Source: the human T2T-CHM13v2.0 reference genome, Homo sapiens
Assembly (NCBI RefSeq): GCF_009914755.1
Contig: NC_060926.1
DNA length: 64,000 nucleotides
Strand: one strand, 5' to 3'
Every line of letters begins with the position of its first letter. Position 1 is the stretch's first letter. The notes under the pieces are model-generated. The model searched no databases, was not told where the DNA came from, and was given only the letters and a program-made list of their open reading frames with translations. Shown here in pieces: positions 59,651-64,000 of this stretch. The position numbers were made by a program, and so were the translations under genes.

Positions 59651-61061
59651 TCCTGAGGGGAATGCAGGTTGGAGTAGCACAAGGTGGGCACAGGCCTCCC
59701 CCTCAGGAAGGAGCTGAGGTTGGCTCGGATGGGTGGTGACCTTGGAGATGGTGAGGGACAGATGATGGAGTGAATGGGCTCCAGCAGTGGGTGGCTAGGG
59801 GGTGCGCTGCACTTCCTGCAGCTCCTAGAGCAGGCTCTGAAGCCCCTCCAGTCGCCCTGCCCTCCATGGGTGCTGTCTCCGCGATGTTAGGCACCAATGC
59901 CTGTGTGCTGCACACATTGCTCCTGGCCAGCAGCTTATATACTTGATGGAAAAGGAATTCCTGGCCTGGCATCCTCCCCAGCATCCTCTACTCAGACTCC
60001 TTCTCCACATCCCCCCATCAGTACAGGCACAGCCCTCAGGTTGTCTGGTGTTGCAGCTGAGGTCTGCATTTTGGATATTTGATGAACAGGGATGAAACAG
60101 AAAGTTAGTAGATTCCAAAAGACTTAATTTTACCACTTATTTCGAGTTCCAGTCAAAAAAGCTTGCGGGAGGGAGAAAGGAATAAAAGATTAAAATAAGT
60201 ACTAGGGATTGTTAGCGTCTCAGTATGCACACCACACGTGTCTTCATCTGCTATGGCTGAGCAGGGGTTGTTCTTCCTGGGAAATTTAGACATGAACAGT
60301 ATCCAAAAGCCCTCAGGGCTTCTCTTTCACCTCTTCATGATAATGTCCAGGCCTGTGTTTTAAAATAGACCTTGTAGAGGCCACTGAGTCCTTGTCTTCT
60401 GAGCTGTGGATCGCCTGCACTTGGCACTTTTGTGGAGCAAAAGGAAGACCTAGTGCTTTGGGACGCTCATCCCAGTGATTTGGCATCATGAGGCAATTGC
60501 CTCTTCCTGTGTAAGAACTCAAGCGGGTCAAGTGTAAGTTTTTCAAAGAAATATTTCTTCTTTCTGATATTTTAAAGACAATTTAATACACAATAAATTG
60601 TTTCTTGTTTTATTTAGCATAAGGATTGAGAAGGCCACATTTATAGGACACACACTATGTACCAAGCACTATCCCAGACCCTGTACATTATTTTCTCCTT
60701 TAAGCCTTGTCTCATTTTACAGATGAGAAAACTGAGCCTCAGCTAAGGTAGCCAAGCGGAGTTACACAATTCATGTATAATCAAGCAAGGTCTAAGTCAG
60801 GGTCTGTGTGGTCCTGGGGCCTCTCTGTTGCCCACACTCCCTGGGCAGCAGCAGAGGCTGGGGAGTGTTGCCACTGTGAGTGGGATGGTAGCCCTCCTTT
60901 CTATAATCCAGTGAATCGAAAGCATTGCTAGAATGTGGATGATTTTAAAGCTAAATAGCTATTAATTTCCCAACATTAGCTTTGAGAGATCGAGTTGTTT
61001 ACCCAAAGTCACCAAGCTAGAGGAACCCTAAATCTTGGAATATTAAAACCAATACTTAGAA

Positions 61062-61554
61062 TGTTACCAGTAGAGGGTGTCCAGGTTCTTGGCGTTTTGA
61101 ACAAGGAATTGGACAAAATACACAAAGCAAGGAAATAATGAGCCAAGAAAAGCAGAAATTTACCGAAAAACGAAAGTGTACTCCACAGGGTGGGAGCCGG
61201 TGAGCATAGGGCCTCAAGAGCTCTGTTATAGAATTTTCTGGGGTTTAAATACCCTCTAGAGGTTTCCCATTGGTTACTTGATGTACACCCTATGTAAATG
61301 AAGGAGTGACCCCCAATCAGAGGCTGAAGTTACAAACTTAGACTCCTATGCTTTGGTTGCTTTCTGCAATCAATCAGAGATACTTTCAATTTTCCATCTA
61401 ACGCACAGAAAATGTGGGGGTTCTACAAAGGGAGTAGCCTCCAGTCCTTCTGTTGCTTAGGTGTGGAGAGTTGGGGTTTTCTTTCTGATTTAGTTCTAGG
61501 AGGTCAGCGTGAATCGGCCTTAGGTTCCTTGTCTCCAGACTCTTTTCTGCCTCA
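61062..61554 (-). mobile_element. ERV1 solo LTR, MER51-like
   Basis: TG...CA termini; minus strand starts TGAGGCAG...GGAACCTAAGGCCGATTCACGCTGAC; several CCAAT-type motifs; AGAA/ATAA flanks. Confidence 0.8.
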
Positions 61555-64000
61555 ATAACACCTTAAGTATGTGGCTCGAATGGCTCTATGACAATTTAGG
61601 GAGAGTGATCTGTACTTTTTGAGATCTTTGAAGAAAAAATTATTTTAAAATTAAATAATTTTACAGTGTTAGTACAATGTTGTAGTAACACTGTCTGGAC
61701 ATGGGAAAGAAGAAATTTTTTTTAATGTTCCCCATCCTGGGCCTCACTGCCATAACAAGTAATGTGCTTTTGTTTTTCTGTCTCCTTTTAATAACTTTTC
61801 ATACTTTTGCACATGCTTTATATAATTGTAGTCCAAGTGAAGACACAGTGGTATTTCCTCATGACTTCATTTATTTCACTATATTATTTTTCAGTGCTGT
61901 TACTTTTTCTTTATGATACCCATCGTATTGATAAACTAGGGTGTTCTTAGCCTTCAGTTGATTTCTGAGTTTTTTCCTCTTCTCTCTGTCTCTGCTCACC
62001 ACCCTCCATGTCCTGTGATTCCACATTACCCCTGGTTATGTTAAGGGTGGTGATCTGAAATTGACCAGATGAAATTGGCCTGGAGCATAAGAGAGCAATT
62101 TGGGGTGGGGGTTGCCCTTCTCACTTTAAAAGCATGAAACATACTCTCCTTTGTGCCACTGTTAGTTTTGGCTGAGCAGTAAGCTGTAACTCCTTGGCAC
62201 GCCTTTTACAGCTGCTAACATTTGACGATCTGCTGCTCCCTGTGTTAACTGGCATCCCTGTTAATGGAAAAAGCAGTGTACTCTGGTTGCCTAGACTACA
62301 CCTTCACAGTGTGCTTTATGTATTAGGTCTGAGCTGGCAGCACTTAAAAATAAATCAGCCGGGTCAAGGCAAACATTAATCCTTGCTTCCAGAGCTTGTC
62401 TTTATTTTTTTAAGTTAATGAGCTAGAGCAGAAGCAATAGAATGCTTTTATTTTAGAGCCCCGGGTCAATTTATGGGTTAAAGGGGGCTATTTTCTGACC
62501 AAGTGGGTGGTCAAAGTATTGAAGCCCCACACATGATGGAGAGTCACAGTTTCTATCCAGCTGGTCTTAGGTTGGCTGATGGACCCAAGGTCTTTTGCTG
62601 ATTCCCTCCTCCCTGCAGTGGATTCTAAGGTCACTAGTGGGTATCATTGAAAGAGTTTGACTTCTGCTCTCAGGAAATTGACGAAGACCTATTTCTAAAG
62701 CACTGTGCTGGGGATCCAGGAAGATATAAAAGGTATGGGGCTGGTGTCTGCCTTATGAGCTTGATACCTAGTTGGGAGACAGGGAAATTTTGAAAGGTAA
62801 CACATCAAGGGAACGCGAGTTCAGTAGGGCTGACTGAAGGTTCCTGTGGAGGGAGAGGCATAGGGAGTTTGGTGTAATATATAGGTTGATATAGGCTTTT
62901 AAGTTTGGGTTCATTCACTCATTCAACAAGAATTTATTGTGCTGGGAATGCAGTAATGAGCAGGTGCCTGCTTTCCTAAAATTTACACTCTAACTAGGAG
63001 AAGGCAGATGGTAAATGCAATAATTTCCGGGAGTAGGATGAAGCTAAAAGAAAATCTGGAGAGAGTTCTTCAGGCCTAGGGAATTGCAAGTGCTGAGCCA
63101 GTGCACAGTGCAGAGCCAGCAGGAGCCAATGAAAAGGGATTAGAGCCAAGGCCCTTTCGTTCTCATACTCCTGCTCCCACCTCTCCTCACAAGGGGGGCC
63201 TTTCCTTTCCACCCACTTGCTTCCCCCTGCCTGTTGGTATTCATGTCTTGACTTTGTATTTTATGTTCATTTGTTTATTTATTTATGTTTTGCTGTCCCC
63301 CACTAGAATGTAAACTGTGAGATCTGGGATTTGTTTTGTTTATTGCTCTAACTTTAGTGCCTAAAACAGTGCCTGGCACACTTATTAAGTGCTTATTAAG
63401 TAAGCACTTAATAAGCACATGAATGGGTGAAGGAAAGGCCCATGTGGTTGGGCGCAGGGAGAAGGGAGGGTAGCACAAGATTCAGGAAGTGAATGGATGC
63501 AAAGGAGGGCATGTTTGGGGGGACTATGCGAGGCCTCTGCAGGGACAGTGGGAGGACCAGATGCACAAGGGCAGACGGTCTCATCTAGAAAGCAAACCTA
63601 AGAGCCTTCAGTGGAAGTCAGAACATTCGTCCTCCAGTTTACATTCTAGTTGGGGACAGCAATAAGTAAATAAATAAATAACATTGATCCTCCCTTTCTT
63701 CGCCTTTTCTCTCCACATTTGTTAGCACTTACTATGTTCCAAGCCCTGTTGGCACCAGAGATACAAAAGAGGAATTAGGCACAGTGTGATATTTGACTCT
63801 GGGGAGAATAACAGTCCATCCTAAAGATTTGAAAAGAAAGAATCAAATTATACAAAGAAAGAACTGAATTATTTGAACACAAACTTGTATGTGCGTTCCT
63901 AGCTTTTCCTGTTGCTTACAGCATTAATATTGACATCTGGTAATTTGCTTACAGATGATAGTTCTGGGAATTCATGTCTGAATCGCTAATGCAGATTGAT

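Overview
Primate (almost certainly human) genomic DNA, rich in Alu, L1 and LTR repeats. It holds the 5' part of CFAP221 (PCDP1, a motile-cilium central-apparatus C1d protein) on the + strand. The gene has a CpG-island promoter with an RFX X-box-like site, a non-coding exon 1 ending at 8012, and six coding exons (9634-9772, 12587-12687, 23191-23277, 23430-23528, 25516-25616, 50625-50728). These splice in frame to 631 nt (210 codons + 1 nt), and the gene continues past the window end. The first ~7.5 kb is repeat-dense intergenic DNA. Nearly all ORF-track entries are Alu/L1/LTR-derived or chance ORFs. I found no evidence for a new multi-gene system. The most unusual structures are a perfect 98-bp inverted copy of a nearby Alu segment placed where an L1 breaks off, a 126-bp direct duplication inside an L1, an AT-rich 32-bp minisatellite built from two palindromes, several short template-switch-like hairpins, an out-of-frame uORF overlapping the CFAP221 start, and candidate alternative or poison exons. 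Repeat subfamily names and boundaries are by eye and approximate.
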